Part shown: positions 34,451 to 44,920 of the stretch, piece after piece
Layout: each line of letters starts with the position of its first letter
Position numbering within the stretch: the first letter of the stretch is position 1
Origin: a virus
Lineage: Duplodnaviria; Heunggongvirae; Uroviricota; Caudoviricetes
IMG/VR virus record: IMGVR_UViG_2563366912_000002
Reading direction: 5' to 3' (one strand)
DNA: 46,405 nucleotides
Translations under genes and position numbers: made by a program
The notes under the pieces: generated by a model
What the model saw: the letters and a program-made list of their open reading frames with translations, nothing else
Told to the model about the DNA's origin: nothing
The model's database searches: none

Positions 34451-35148
34451 TGCAGGATATCCGGCAGGAAACACTGAATGAATGCACCCGTGCGGAGCAG
34501 TCGGCCAGCGTGGTGCTCTGGGAAATCGACCTGACAGAGGTCGGTGGAGAACGTTATTTTTTCTGTAATGAGCAGAACGAAAAAGGTGAGCCGGTCACCT
34601 GGCAGGGGCGACAGTATCAGCCGTATCCCATTCAGGGGAGCGGTTTTGAACTGAATGGCAAAGGCACCAGTACGCGCCCCACGCTGACGGTTTCTAACCT
34701 GTACGGTATGGTCACCGGGATGGCGGAAGATATGCAGAGTCTGGTCGGCGGAACGGTGGTCCGGCGTAAGGTTTACGCCCGTTTTCTGGATGCGGTGAAC
34801 TTCGTCAACGGAAACAGTTATGCCGATCCGGAGCAGGAGGTGATCAGCCGCTGGCGCATTGAGCAGTGCAGCGAACTGAGCGCGGTGAGTGCCTCCTTTG
34901 TACTGTCCACGCCGACGGAAACGGATGGCGCTGTTTTTCCGGGACGTATCATGCTGGCCAACACCTGCACCTGGACCTATCGCGGTGACGAGTGCGGTTA
35001 TAGCGGTCCGGCTGTCGCGGATGAATATGACCAGCCAACGTCCGATATCACGAAGGATAAATGCAGCAAATGCCTGAGCGGTTGTAAGTTCCGCAATAAC
35101 GTCGGCAACTTTGGCGGCTTCCTTTCCATTAACAAACTTTCGCAGTAA
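34450..35148 (+). CDS. L: Tail tip protein L (232 aa)
   Basis: Matches lambda gpL as recalled; Cys cluster (CSKCLSGC) near the C-terminus. Confidence 0.95.
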   Translation: MQDIRQETLNECTRAEQSASVVLWEIDLTEVGGERYFFCNEQNEKGEPVTWQGRQYQPYPIQGSGFELNGKGTSTRPTLTVSNLYGMVTGMAEDMQSLVGGTVVRRKVYARFLDAVNFVNGNSYADPEQEVISRWRIEQCSELSAVSASFVLSTPTETDGAVFPGRIMLANTCTWTYRGDECGYSGPAVADEYDQPTSDITKDKCSKCLSGCKFRNNVGNFGGFLSINKLSQ

Positions 35149-35153
35149 ATCCC

Positions 35154-35897
35154 ATGACACAGACAGAATCAGCGATTCTGGCGCACGCCCGGCGATGTGC
35201 GCCAGCGGAGTCGTGCGGCTTCGTGGTAAGCACGCCGGAGGGGGAAAGATATTTTCCCTGCGTGAATATCTCCGGTGAGCCGGAGGCGTATTTCCGTATG
35301 TCGCCGGAAGACTGGCTGCAGGCAGAAATGCAGGGTGAGATTGTGGCGCTGGTCCACAGCCACCCCGGTGGTCTGCCCTGGCTGAGTGAGGCCGACCGGC
35401 GGCTGCAGGTGCAGAGTGATTTGCCGTGGTGGCTGGTCTGCCGGGGGACGATTCATAAGTTCCGCTGTGTGCCGCATCTCACCGGGCGGCGCTTTGAGCA
35501 CGGTGTGACGGACTGTTACACACTGTTCCGGGATGCTTATCATCTGGCGGGGATTGAGATGCCGGACTTTTATCGTGAGGATGACTGGTGGCGTAACGGC
35601 CAGAATCTCTATCTGGATAATCTGGAGGCGACGGGGCTGTATCAGGTGCCGTTGTCAGCGGCACAGCCGGGCGATGTGCTGCTGTGCTGTTTTGGTTCAT
35701 CAGTGCCGAATCACGCCGCAATTTACTGCGGCGACGGCGAGCTGCTGCACCATATTCCTGAACAACTGAGCAAACGAGAGAGGTACACCGACAAATGGCA
35801 GCGACGCACACACTCCCTCTGGCGTCACCGGGCATGGCGCGCATCTGCCTTTACGGGGATTTACAACGATTTGGTCGCCGCATCGACCTTCGTGTGA
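35154..35897 (+). CDS. K: Tail tip assembly protein K (MPN/JAB plus NlpC/P60-like domains), 247-aa ORF
   Basis: MTQTESAILAHARRCAPAESCGFVV… then HSHPGG (JAB-type metal-binding motif); the classical 199-aa lambda K corresponds to the internal ATG at 35298; 103-nt overlap with I. Confidence 0.85.
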   Translation: MTQTESAILAHARRCAPAESCGFVVSTPEGERYFPCVNISGEPEAYFRMSPEDWLQAEMQGEIVALVHSHPGGLPWLSEADRRLQVQSDLPWWLVCRGTIHKFRCVPHLTGRRFEHGVTDCYTLFRDAYHLAGIEMPDFYREDDWWRNGQNLYLDNLEATGLYQVPLSAAQPGDVLLCCFGSSVPNHAAIYCGDGELLHHIPEQLSKRERYTDKWQRRTHSLWRHRAWRASAFTGIYNDLVAASTFV

Positions 35898-36466
35898 AAA
35901 CGGGGGCTGAAGCCATCCGGGCACTGGCCACACAGCTCCCGGCGTTTCGTCAGAAACTGAGCGACGGCTGGTATCAGGTACGGATTGCCGGGCGGGACGT
36001 CAGCACGTCCGGGTTAACGGCGCAGTTACATGAGACTCTGCCTGATGGCGCTGTGATTCATATTGTTCCCAGAGTCGCCGGGGCCAAGTCAGGTGGCGTA
36101 TTCCAGATTGTCCTGGGGGCTGCCGCCATTGCCGGATCATTCTTTACCGCCGGAGCCACCCTTGCAGCATGGGGGGCAGCCATTGGGACCGGTGGTATGA
36201 CCGGCATCCTGTTTTCTCTCGGTGCCAGTATGGTGCTCGGTGGTGTGGCGCAGATGCTGGCACCGAAAGCCAGAACTCCCCGTACACAGACAACGGATAA
36301 CGGTAAGCAGAACACCTATTTCTCCTCACTGGATAACATGGTTGCCCAGGGCAATGTTCTGCCTGTTCTGTACGGGGAAATGCGCGTGGGGTCTCGCGTG
36401 GTTTCTCAGGAGATCAGCACGGCAGACGAAGGGGACGGTGGTCAGGTTGTGGTGATTGGTCGCTGA
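35795..36466 (+). CDS. I: Tail tip assembly protein I (223 aa)
   Basis: MAATHTLPLASPGMARICLYGDLQRFGRRIDLRVKTGAEAIRALATQLPAFRQKLSDGWYQV… matches lambda gpI. Confidence 0.95.
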   Translation: MAATHTLPLASPGMARICLYGDLQRFGRRIDLRVKTGAEAIRALATQLPAFRQKLSDGWYQVRIAGRDVSTSGLTAQLHETLPDGAVIHIVPRVAGAKSGGVFQIVLGAAAIAGSFFTAGATLAAWGAAIGTGGMTGILFSLGASMVLGGVAQMLAPKARTPRTQTTDNGKQNTYFSSLDNMVAQGNVLPVLYGEMRVGSRVVSQEISTADEGDGGQVVVIGR

Positions 36467-36526
36467 TGCAAAATGTTTTATGTGAAACCGCCTGCGGGCG
36501 GTTTTGTCATTTATGGAGCGTGAGGA

Positions 36527-39500
36527 ATGGGTAAAGGCAGCAGTAAGGGGCATACCCCGCGCGAAGCGAAGGACAACCTGAAGTCCACGCAGCTGCTGAG
36601 TGTGATCGATGCCATCAGCGAAGGGCCGGTTGAAGGTCCGGTGGATGGATTAAAAAGCGTGCTGCTGAACAGTACGCCGGTGCTGGACACTGAGGGGAAT
36701 ACCAACATCTCCGGTGTCACGGTGGTGTTCCGTGCCGGTGAGCAGGAGCAGACACCGCCGGAGGGGTTTGAATCCTCCGGCTCCGAGACGGTGCTGGGTA
36801 CGGAAGTGAAATATGACACGCCGATCACCCGCACCATTACGTCTGCAAACATCGACCGTCTGCGCTTTACCTTCGGCGTGCAGGCACTGGTGGAAACCAC
36901 CTCAAAGGGGGACCGGAATCCGTCGGAAGTCCGCCTGCTGGTTCAGATCCAGCGTAATGGTGGCTGGGTGACGGAAAAAGACATCACCATTAAGGGCAAA
37001 ACCACCTCGCAGTATCTGGCCTCGGTGGTGGTGGGTAACCTGCCGCCGCGCCCGTTCAATATACGGATGCGCAGGATGACGCCGGACAGCACCACAGACC
37101 AGCTGCAGAACAAAACGCTCTGGTCGTCATACACCGAAATCATCGATGTGAAACAGTGCTACCCGAACACGGCACTGGTCGGCGTACAGGTGGATTCGGA
37201 GCAGTTCGGCAGCCAGCAGGTGAGCCGTAATTATCATCTTCGCGGGCGTATTCTGCAGGTGCCGTCGAACTATAACCCGCAGACGCGGCAATACAGCGGT
37301 ATCTGGGACGGAACGTTTAAGCCAGCATACAGCAACAACATGGCCTGGTGTCTGTGGGATATGCTGACCCACCCGCGCTACGGCATGGGGAAACGTCTTG
37401 GTGCGGCGGATGTGGATAAATGGGCGCTGTATGTCATCGGCCAGTGTTGCGACCAGTCGGTGCCGGACGGTTTTGGCGGCACGGAGCCGCGCATCACCTG
37501 TAATGCCTGGCTGACCACACAGCGTAAGGCGTGGGATGTTCTCAGTGATTTCTGCTCGGCGATGCGCTGTATGCCGGTATGGAACGGGCAGACGCTGACG
37601 TTCGTGCAGGACCGACCATCAGATAAGGTGTGGACCTATAACCGCAGTAATGTGGTGATGCCGGATGATGGCGCGCCGTTCCGCTACAGCTTCAGCGCCC
37701 TGAAGGACCGCCATAATGCCGTTGAGGTGAACTGGATTGACCCGGATAACGGCTGGGAGACGGCGACAGAGCTTGTGGAGGACACGCAGGCCATTGCCCG
37801 TTACGGTCGTAACGTCACGAAGATGGATGCCTTTGGCTGTACCAGCCGGGGGCAGGCGCACCGCGCCGGGCTGTGGCTGATTAAAACGGAACTGCTGGAA
37901 ACGCAGACCGTGGACTTCAGCGTGGGTGCGGAAGGGCTTCGCCATGTACCGGGGGATGTCATTGAAATCTGCGATGATGACTATGCGGGTATCAGCATCG
38001 GCGGGCGCGTGCTGGCGGTGAACAGCCAGACCCGGACGCTGACGCTCGACCGTGAAATCACGCTGCCATCCTCCGGTACCACGCTGATAAGCCTGGTTGA
38101 CGGAAGTGGCAATCCGGTCAGCGTGGAGGTCCAGTCCGTCACCGACGGCGTGAAGGTAAAAGTGAGCCGTGTTCCTGACGGCGTTGCCGGATACAGCGTA
38201 TGGGGGCTGAAGCTGCCGACGCTGCGCCAGCGCCTGTTCCGCTGCGTGAGTATCCGTGAGAACGATGACGGCACGTATGCCATCACCGCCGTGCAGCATG
38301 TACCGGAAAAAGAGGCCATCGTGGATAACGGGGCGCACTTTGACGGCGACCAGAGCGGCACGGTGAATGGTGTCACGCCGCCAGCAGTGCAGCATCTGAC
38401 CGCAGAAGTCACCGCAGACAGCGGGGAATACCAGGTGCTGGCCCGCTGGGACACGCCGAAGGTGGTGAAGGGCGTGAGCTTCCTGCTTCGCCTGACCGTG
38501 GCAGCGGATGACGGCAGTGAGCGGCTGGTCAGCACGGCCCGGACGACGGAAACCACTTACCGCTTCACACAACTGGCTCTGGGGAACTACAGGCTGACAG
38601 TCCGGGCAGTAAATGCGTGGGGGCAGCAGGGCGATCCGGCGTCGGTATCGTTCCGGATTGCCGCACCGGCAGCGCCGTCGCGGATTGAGCTGACGCCGGG
38701 CTATTTTCAGATAACCGCCACGCCGCATCTTGCGGTTTATGATCCGACGGTACAGTTTGAGTTCTGGTTCTCGGAAAAGCGGATTGCGGATATCAGGCAG
38801 GTTGAAACCACAGCACGCTATCTTGGTACGGCGTTGTACTGGATAGCCGCCAGTATCAATATCAAACCGGGCCATAATTATTATTTTTACGTTCGCAGTG
38901 TGAACACCGTTGGCAAATCGGCATTCGTGGAGGCTGTTGGTCAGCCGAGTGATGACGCATCCGGCTATCTGGATTTTTTCAAAGGCGAGATAGGGAAAAC
39001 CCATCTGGCTCAGGAGCTGTGGACGCAGATTGATAACGGTCAGCTTGCGCCTGACCTGGCTGAAATCAGGACATCCATTACGGATGTCAGCAATGAAATC
39101 ACACAGACCGTCAATAAGAAACTGGAAGACCAGAGTGCAGCGATCCAGCAGATACAGAAGGTTCAGGTTGATACAAATAATAACCTGAACAGCATGTGGG
39201 CCGTGAAACTGCAGCAGATGCAGGACGGACGCCTTTATATTGCGGGTATCGGTGCCGGTATTGAGAATACGCCAGCAGGAATGCAGAGTCAGGTGCTGCT
39301 GGCGGCAGACAGGATTGCGATGATTAATCCTGCGAATGGCAACACAAAGCCGATGTTTGTTGGTCAGGGTGATCAGATATTCATGAACGACGTGTTCCTG
39401 AAATATCTGACGGCTCCCACCATTACCAGCGGCGGTAATCCTCCTGCATTTTCCCTTACACCGGACGGGCGACTGACGGCGAAAAATGCGGATATCAGTG

Positions 39501-40006
39501 GCAGTGTGAATGCGAACGCCGGGACGCTCAACAATGTCACGATAAATGAAAACTGTCGGGTTCTGGGAAAACTGTCTGCGAACCAGATTGAAGGCGATCT
39601 CGTTAAAACAGTGGGCAAAGCTTTCCCCCGGGACTCCCGTGCACCGGAGCGGTGGCCATCAGGGACCATTACCGTCAGGGTTTATGACGATCAGCCGTTT
39701 GACCGGCAGATTGTTATTCCCGCGGTGGCGTTTCGTGGCGCTAAACATGAGCGGGAGAATAACGATATTTATTCGTCATGCCGCCTGATAGTGAAGAAAA
39801 ACGGTGCTGAAATTTATAACCGTACCGCGCTGGATAATACGCTGGTTTATACAGGTGTTATTGATATGCCTGCTGGTCGCGGTCACATGACGCTGGAGTT
39901 TTCGGTATCAGCGTGGCTGGTAAATGACTGGTATCCCACAGCCAGTATCAGTGATTTGCTGGTTGTGGTGATGAAGAAATCCACAGCAGGTATCACGATT
40001 AGCTGA
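36527..40006 (+). CDS. J: Central tail fibre / host-specificity protein J (1159 aa)
   Basis: [73 protein letters not shown]… matches lambda gpJ N-terminus; 1159 aa versus the ~1132 aa recalled for lambda J, so the C-terminal receptor-binding part probably differs. Confidence 0.95.
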   Translation: MGKGSSKGHTPREAKDNLKSTQLLSVIDAISEGPVEGPVDGLKSVLLNSTPVLDTEGNTNISGVTVVFRAGEQEQTPPEGFESSGSETVLGTEVKYDTPITRTITSANIDRLRFTFGVQALVETTSKGDRNPSEVRLLVQIQRNGGWVTEKDITIKGKTTSQYLASVVVGNLPPRPFNIRMRRMTPDSTTDQLQNKTLWSSYTEIIDVKQCYPNTALVGVQVDSEQFGSQQVSRNYHLRGRILQVPSNYNPQTRQYSGIWDGTFKPAYSNNMAWCLWDMLTHPRYGMGKRLGAADVDKWALYVIGQCCDQSVPDGFGGTEPRITCNAWLTTQRKAWDVLSDFCSAMRCMPVWNGQTLTFVQDRPSDKVWTYNRSNVVMPDDGAPFRYSFSALKDRHNAVEVNWIDPDNGWETATELVEDTQAIARYGRNVTKMDAFGCTSRGQAHRAGLWLIKTELLETQTVDFSVGAEGLRHVPGDVIEICDDDYAGISIGGRVLAVNSQTRTLTLDREITLPSSGTTLISLVDGSGNPVSVEVQSVTDGVKVKVSRVPDGVAGYSVWGLKLPTLRQRLFRCVSIRENDDGTYAITAVQHVPEKEAIVDNGAHFDGDQSGTVNGVTPPAVQHLTAEVTADSGEYQVLARWDTPKVVKGVSFLLRLTVAADDGSERLVSTARTTETTYRFTQLALGNYRLTVRAVNAWGQQGDPASVSFRIAAPAAPSRIELTPGYFQITATPHLAVYDPTVQFEFWFSEKRIADIRQVETTARYLGTALYWIAASINIKPGHNYYFYVRSVNTVGKSAFVEAVGQPSDDASGYLDFFKGEIGKTHLAQELWTQIDNGQLAPDLAEIRTSITDVSNEITQTVNKKLEDQSAAIQQIQKVQVDTNNNLNSMWAVKLQQMQDGRLYIAGIGAGIENTPAGMQSQVLLAADRIAMINPANGNTKPMFVGQGDQIFMNDVFLKYLTAPTITSGGNPPAFSLTPDGRLTAKNADISGSVNANAGTLNNVTINENCRVLGKLSANQIEGDLVKTVGKAFPRDSRAPERWPSGTITVRVYDDQPFDRQIVIPAVAFRGAKHERENNDIYSSCRLIVKKNGAEIYNRTALDNTLVYTGVIDMPAGRGHMTLEFSVSAWLVNDWYPTASISDLLVVVMKKSTAGITIS

Positions 40007-40024
40007 ATTTTCATAACCCATATG

Positions 40025-40052
40025 CGGGCGCCATTTCTGGCGCCTTTTTTAT
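40025..40052 (+). terminator. Rho-independent terminator after J
   Basis: GCGGGCGCCatttctGGCGCC followed by TTTTTTATT. Confidence 0.55.
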
Positions 40053-40074
40053 TGCAGAAAAGCGAGAGGTAATT

Positions 40075-40674
40075 ATGCGTAAAGTTTGTGCAGCCATTTT
40101 GTCCGCAGCCATCTGTCTGGCCGTATCCGGTGCGCCTGCATGGGCGTCTGAGCAGCAGGCCACACTGAGCGCAGGGTATCTTCATGCCCGTACGAACGCT
40201 CCCGGCAGCGATAATCTGAACGGGATTAACGTGAAATACCGTTATGAGTTTACGGACACGCTGGGGCTGATTACGTCATTCAGTTATGCCAACGCTGAAG
40301 ATGAGCAAAAAACGCATTACAGCGATACCCGCTGGCATGAGGATTCCGTGCGTAACCGCTGGTTCAGCGTGATGGTGGGGCCGTCTGTGCGCGTGAATGA
40401 ATGGTTCAGCGCGTATGCGATGGCGGGTGTGGCTTACAGCCGTGTGTCGACTTTCTCCGGGGATTATCTCCGCGTAACTGACAACAAGGGGAAAACGCAC
40501 GATGTGCTGACCGGAAGTGATGACGGTCGCCACAGCAACATGTCTCTGGCGTGGGGGGCTGGCGTGCAGTTTAACCCGACCGAATCCGTGGCCATTGATG
40601 TCGCTTATGAAGGCTCCGGCAGTGGCGACTGGCGCACTGACGGTTTCATCGTGGGTGTCGGTTATAAGTTCTGA
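40075..40674 (+). CDS. lom: Lom outer-membrane protein (Ail/Lom family beta-barrel), 199 aa
   Basis: Signal peptide MRKVCAAILSAAICLAVSGAPAWA; …DGFIVGVGYKF C-terminal beta-strand; position after J as in lambda. Confidence 0.9.
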   Translation: MRKVCAAILSAAICLAVSGAPAWASEQQATLSAGYLHARTNAPGSDNLNGINVKYRYEFTDTLGLITSFSYANAEDEQKTHYSDTRWHEDSVRNRWFSVMVGPSVRVNEWFSAYAMAGVAYSRVSTFSGDYLRVTDNKGKTHDVLTGSDDGRHSNMSLAWGAGVQFNPTESVAIDVAYEGSGSGDWRTDGFIVGVGYKF

Positions 40675-40700
40675 TTAGCCAGGTAACACAGTGTTATGAC

Positions 40701-40728
40701 AGCCCGCCGGTTCAGGCGGGCTTTTTTG
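40701..40728 (+). terminator. Rho-independent terminator after lom
   Basis: AGCCCGCCggttcaGGCGGGCT followed by TTTTTTG. Confidence 0.6.
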
Positions 40729-40732
40729 TGGG

Positions 40733-43700
40733 GTGAATATGGCAGTAAAGATTTCAGGTGTACTGAAAGACGGTGCAGGTAAACCGGTACAGAACTGCAC
40801 AATCCAGCTGAAAGCAAAACGTAACAGCACCACGGTGGTGGTGAACACGGTGGCATCTGAAAATCCGGATGAAGCCGGGCGTTACAGCATGGACGTTGAG
40901 TACGGTCAGTACAGCGTTATTCTGTTGGTGGAAGGATTCCCGCCGTCACATGCCGGGACCATCACCGTGTATGAAGATTCCCGACCCGGTACGCTGAATG
41001 ATTTTCTCGGTGCCATGACGGAGGATGATGCCCGTCCGGAGGCACTGCGCCGCTTTGAACTGATGGTGGAAGAGGTGGCGCGTAACGCGTCCGCAGTGGC
41101 GCAGAACACAGCAGCCGCGAAGAAGTCAGCCAGCGATGCCGGCACATCAGCCCGTGAGGCGGCAACCCGTGCGACTGATGCTGCAGGCTCAGCACGTGCA
41201 GCCAGCACGTCAGCCGGACAGGCCGCGTCGTCGGCTCAGTCAGCGTCTTCCAGCGCAGGAACGGCATCAACAAAGGCCACTGAAGCATCAAAAAGTGCTG
41301 CCGCCGCAGAGTCTTCAAAAAGCGCGGCAGCCACCAGTGCCGGTGCAGCGAAAACGTCGGAAATGAATGCCGCAGCATCACAAAAATCTGCGGCCACATC
41401 TGCATCCACCGCGACCACGAAAGCGTCAGAAGCTGCCACCTCAGCCCGGGATGCGTCGGCTTCAAAAGTGGCGGCAAAATCATCAGAAACGAGCGCAGCC
41501 TCGAGCGCCGGCAGTGCAGCTTCCTCGGCAACGGCGGCAGGAAATTCCGCGAAGGCCGCAAAAACGTCTGAGACGAATGCGGATAACAGCGCACAGGCGG
41601 CAGCAGACTCACAAACTGCATCGGCAAATTCCGCGACAGCAGCCAAAAAATCAGAAACCAACGCGAAAAATAGTGAGTCAGCAGCAAAGGTCAGCGAAAC
41701 CAACGCTAAAGCGTCAGAGAACAAGGCGAAAGAATATCTCGACAAGGTCGGGGGACTCGTCAGCCCGATGACGCAATACGATTGGCCTGTTGTTACTGCT
41801 AGTGAGTCTCTTTACATCAAGATCGCGAAACTTTCCGATCCTGGAACCAGCAGAAGTCATGTAACGCTAATGGTTACTAACGCTGGTAACTACGGCTCCC
41901 CTTACGGAAACATTGACTTTATCGAGATCTCGGCGCGCGGTCTGCCTTCTTTGCTTAGTGCGGATAATGTTTCTCGTCATCTGAGTATACGCCGCTTAGG
42001 GTCAACCGGGCTGACCGATAACAACCAGATGCGTTACGGCCTGGTTAAAGGTGACGGCTTTATTGAGGTTTGGGCATTCCAGGGTGCGTTTATTAACGAC
42101 GCAAAGGTTGCGGTGCTGGCGCAGACAACACTAAACACAGAATTATACATTCCAGACGGATTTGTTAAGCAAACCGCCGCGCCTTCTGGATATATTGAAG
42201 GCAACGTTGTAAGGATTTACGACCAGGTAAACAAGCCGACTAAAGCAGATTTGGGTCTTTCTAATGCTATGCTTACAGGCGCTTTCGGTCTTGGCGGTAG
42301 CGGGATATCAACAAACGGCAAGATGAGCGATGTAGAGATCTTAAAAGCTCTGCGTGACAAAGGTGGTCATTTCTGGCGCGGTGATAAGCCGACCGGAAGC
42401 ACGGCGACCATTTATAGCCACGGTTCTGGTATATTCTCGCGGTGCGGCGATACGTGGTCAGCGATCAATATCGACTACTCAACCGCGAAGATTAAGATCT
42501 ATGCCGGCAACGATGCCCGGCTTAACAACGGGACTTTTAGCGTCAATGAGCTATACGGCTCGGCAAACAAGCCGTCGAAATCGGATGTTGGACTTGGCAA
42601 CGTAACGAACGATGCGCAGGTAAAAAAAACCGGCGATACAATGACCGGTGACTTGACAATCAAAAAAGGTACACCGTCAGTCTTCCTGCGGGCAGACAGT
42701 GGAGTCACCGCTTTGCGGTTTTATACTGGCGATAACACAGAGCGCGGCATAATCTATGCTGGTCCTAACACTGATTCGCTTGGCGAAGTTCGCATCAGGG
42801 CAAAGACAGCAGGGGGGACATCAGGAGGGGATCTTGTTGTTCGTCACGACGGGAGGGTTGAAGTCCGTGATCTCACAGTAGCGTATAAAATTAAAAGCAG
42901 AACGATTGAGATTGCAAATACCGACACTGACTCATCGGCAACTACGCTAAGCATCTATGGAGTACAGCACACGCCGTTGGTTTTAACGCGTTCTGGTTCT
43001 TCTGAAAATGTGTCCATTGGGTTTAAGTTAGACAACATGAACCCAAAGTATCTTGGAATTGATACTAATGGGGATCTGGCTTTTGGTGAGAGTCCTGATC
43101 AGAAACAAAACAGCAAATTGATCACGCAAGCGAAACTCGACAAGGGATTAACGATTGGTGGTCAACTGGCTTTCAAAGGTACGACAGCGTTTTCAGCCGT
43201 TGCTACGTTCAGTGCCGGGATAGCAGGAGCCATCGAGCCGGAAAACATTGACGGCCAGACGGTTAATCTTAACAACCTGACCATCATCAAGTCAGATGCC
43301 GGGGCAGTTAAATACTATATTTGTCCATCCTCTGCAGGTGGTGCAAATATCACCAACAAGCCTGACGGCGTAACAGGTAACTTTTTGCTCCGTGTTGAAT
43401 CGACTCGTAAGGTTAGGGATTCAGATTATGCGAACATGCAAACGCTGATTAACAGCGACACAAAACGTATATACGTTCGCTTTGTTGTTAATGGAAACTG
43501 GACAGCGTGGAGTCAGGTTGTTGTTTCCGGATGGAATCAGGATATAACTGTCAGGTCGTTAACCACATCTAGTCCGGTAAAATCTGGCGGAGGGCGAATT
43601 GATGTCCTTGGAAGCACGTCAGACTATAGCAAAATGGATTGCTTTGTACGTGGGTTTGATAGCACCGGTAATTCTCTCGCGTGGGCGTTGGGTTCATCAG

Positions 43701-44518
43701 CCGGCGTAAGTAAGATGCTGTCGCTAAAAAATTTCTTTAGCGGAGCTGAGATACTGTTAAATGGTAATGACGGCACGGTTCAACTCAAAACAGGTGCTGT
43801 TAACGGGGCTACAGCGCAGGCGCTCACTATCAACAGGAATGAGGTTAACTCAACTGTTGATTTAACCCTTACAAAGCAATCAGGGACTGGCAATCGTTTT
43901 GTTTTACAGAACTCAGGTAATGCAGAACTACCGTTTTCTGTCAGGGTGTGGGGTTCCAGTACTCGACAAAACGTTTTTGAGGTTGGCACGTCTGCTGCGT
44001 ATCTGTTTTATGCGCAAAAAACGTCAGCAGGCCAGTTGTTTGATGTAAATGGCGCTATTAATTGCACAACGCTGAATCAGTCATCAGACCGCGACCTTAA
44101 AGACGATATTCTCGTTATCAGCGACGCGACGAAAGCAATCCGTAAAATGAACGGATACACCTACACGCTCAGGGAAAACGGGATGCCTTATGCTGGCGTT
44201 ATTGCACAGGAAGTAATGGAGGCGATACCAGAAGCTGTGGGATCGTTTACTCATTATGGTGAAGAGTTGCAAGGTCCGACCGTTGACGGCAACGAGCTAC
44301 GCGAAGAAACGCGCTATCTTAATGTTGACTACGCCGCCGTGACGGGCTTACTTGTTCAGTTCGCCCGTGAAACAGATGATCGCGTTACCGCGCTGGAAGA
44401 GGAAAACACAACGCTACGTCAAAATCTGGCAACAGCAGACACCCGGATCAGCACTCTGGAAAATCAGGTAAGCGAACTGGTTGCACTTGTCCGGCAGTTA
44501 ACAGGAAGCGAACATTGA
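40733..44518 (+). CDS. stf: Side tail fibre protein (1261 aa): lambda Stf-like N-terminus, long Ala/Ser/Thr/Lys-rich repeat region, distal receptor-binding region, C-terminal intramolecular chaperone (S74-type) domain
   Basis: N-terminus MAVKISGVLKDGAGKPVQNCTIQLKAKRNSTTVVVNTVASENPDEAGRYSMDVEYGQYSVILLVEGFPP (Stf anchor); residues ~120-330 low-complexity repeats; C-terminal …DRDLKDDILVISDATKAIRKMNGYTYTLRENGMPYAGVIAQEV… plus coiled-coil tail; no separate tfa ORF follows. Confidence 0.85.
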   Translation: MNMAVKISGVLKDGAGKPVQNCTIQLKAKRNSTTVVVNTVASENPDEAGRYSMDVEYGQYSVILLVEGFPPSHAGTITVYEDSRPGTLNDFLGAMTEDDARPEALRRFELMVEEVARNASAVAQNTAAAKKSASDAGTSAREAATRATDAAGSARAASTSAGQAASSAQSASSSAGTASTKATEASKSAAAAESSKSAAATSAGAAKTSEMNAAASQKSAATSASTATTKASEAATSARDASASKVAAKSSETSAASSAGSAASSATAAGNSAKAAKTSETNADNSAQAAADSQTASANSATAAKKSETNAKNSESAAKVSETNAKASENKAKEYLDKVGGLVSPMTQYDWPVVTASESLYIKIAKLSDPGTSRSHVTLMVTNAGNYGSPYGNIDFIEISARGLPSLLSADNVSRHLSIRRLGSTGLTDNNQMRYGLVKGDGFIEVWAFQGAFINDAKVAVLAQTTLNTELYIPDGFVKQTAAPSGYIEGNVVRIYDQVNKPTKADLGLSNAMLTGAFGLGGSGISTNGKMSDVEILKALRDKGGHFWRGDKPTGSTATIYSHGSGIFSRCGDTWSAINIDYSTAKIKIYAGNDARLNNGTFSVNELYGSANKPSKSDVGLGNVTNDAQVKKTGDTMTGDLTIKKGTPSVFLRADSGVTALRFYTGDNTERGIIYAGPNTDSLGEVRIRAKTAGGTSGGDLVVRHDGRVEVRDLTVAYKIKSRTIEIANTDTDSSATTLSIYGVQHTPLVLTRSGSSENVSIGFKLDNMNPKYLGIDTNGDLAFGESPDQKQNSKLITQAKLDKGLTIGGQLAFKGTTAFSAVATFSAGIAGAIEPENIDGQTVNLNNLTIIKSDAGAVKYYICPSSAGGANITNKPDGVTGNFLLRVESTRKVRDSDYANMQTLINSDTKRIYVRFVVNGNWTAWSQVVVSGWNQDITVRSLTTSSPVKSGGGRIDVLGSTSDYSKMDCFVRGFDSTGNSLAWALGSSAGVSKMLSLKNFFSGAEILLNGNDGTVQLKTGAVNGATAQALTINRNEVNSTVDLTLTKQSGTGNRFVLQNSGNAELPFSVRVWGSSTRQNVFEVGTSAAYLFYAQKTSAGQLFDVNGAINCTTLNQSSDRDLKDDILVISDATKAIRKMNGYTYTLRENGMPYAGVIAQEVMEAIPEAVGSFTHYGEELQGPTVDGNELREETRYLNVDYAAVTGLLVQFARETDDRVTALEEENTTLRQNLATADTRISTLENQVSELVALVRQLTGSEH

Positions 44519-44844
44519 TATCCTTCAAGCTCTGAAGGAGGCTGTTCCCGGTACGTTCAGACTGTTGTTGAGCTGGAAATCGCAACGGAGGAAGAAAGAT
44601 CGTTGCTGGAGGCATGGAATAAATATCGGGTATTGTTGAATCGAGTTGATACATCAGTAGCTCTGGGTATGAAGCTGTTTGTAACTCATGTTACAGTAAC
44701 AGTCATTACTATCTCGAAGGTGCAAAATGTATATTGATTTGATATTTTATAAATTTACTTCGAATCTGGCACGTCAACTTTTGATTAAAGTAATATCAGT
44801 TTTCGGCGAAAAAAGGACCGTGTACATGAGACGATTTCATACAA

Positions 44845-44899
44845 TAATAACAAAAATATGAATATGCTCCCAATGCAATATATGTTTTGCATTGGGAGC
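44845..44899 (-). terminator. Rho-independent terminator downstream of the hydrolase gene
   Basis: Perfect 13-bp inverted repeat GCTCCCAATGCAA…TTGCATTGGGAGC (44866..44899); on the minus strand it is followed by ATATTCATATTTTTGTTATTATTG. Confidence 0.55.
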
Positions 44900-44920
44900 A
44901 AATAGCGGAATATTTTGAAA

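Noticed and set aside
37619-39004. 461-aa minus-strand ORF inside J, and a nested 191-aa ORF (37981..38556)
   Set aside because: Fully antisense to the conserved J gene in a GC-rich region where long stop-free antisense frames arise by chance (Arg/Pro/Ala-rich translation); no start context.
40962-41745. Minus-strand ORFs of 241 and 169 aa and plus-frame ORFs (41136..41771) across the Ala/Ser-rich repeat tract of stf
   Set aside because: Artefacts of the low-complexity GC-rich repeat region; the translations are Pro/Arg/Ala homopolymer-like and overlap the genuine stf frame.
40962-41745. Short tandem repeats at DNA level that could be mistaken for a CRISPR-like or VNTR array
   Set aside because: The repeats are imperfect, lie inside the stf coding frame and encode the Ala/Ser-rich fibre shaft; no direct-repeat/spacer periodicity and no cas genes.
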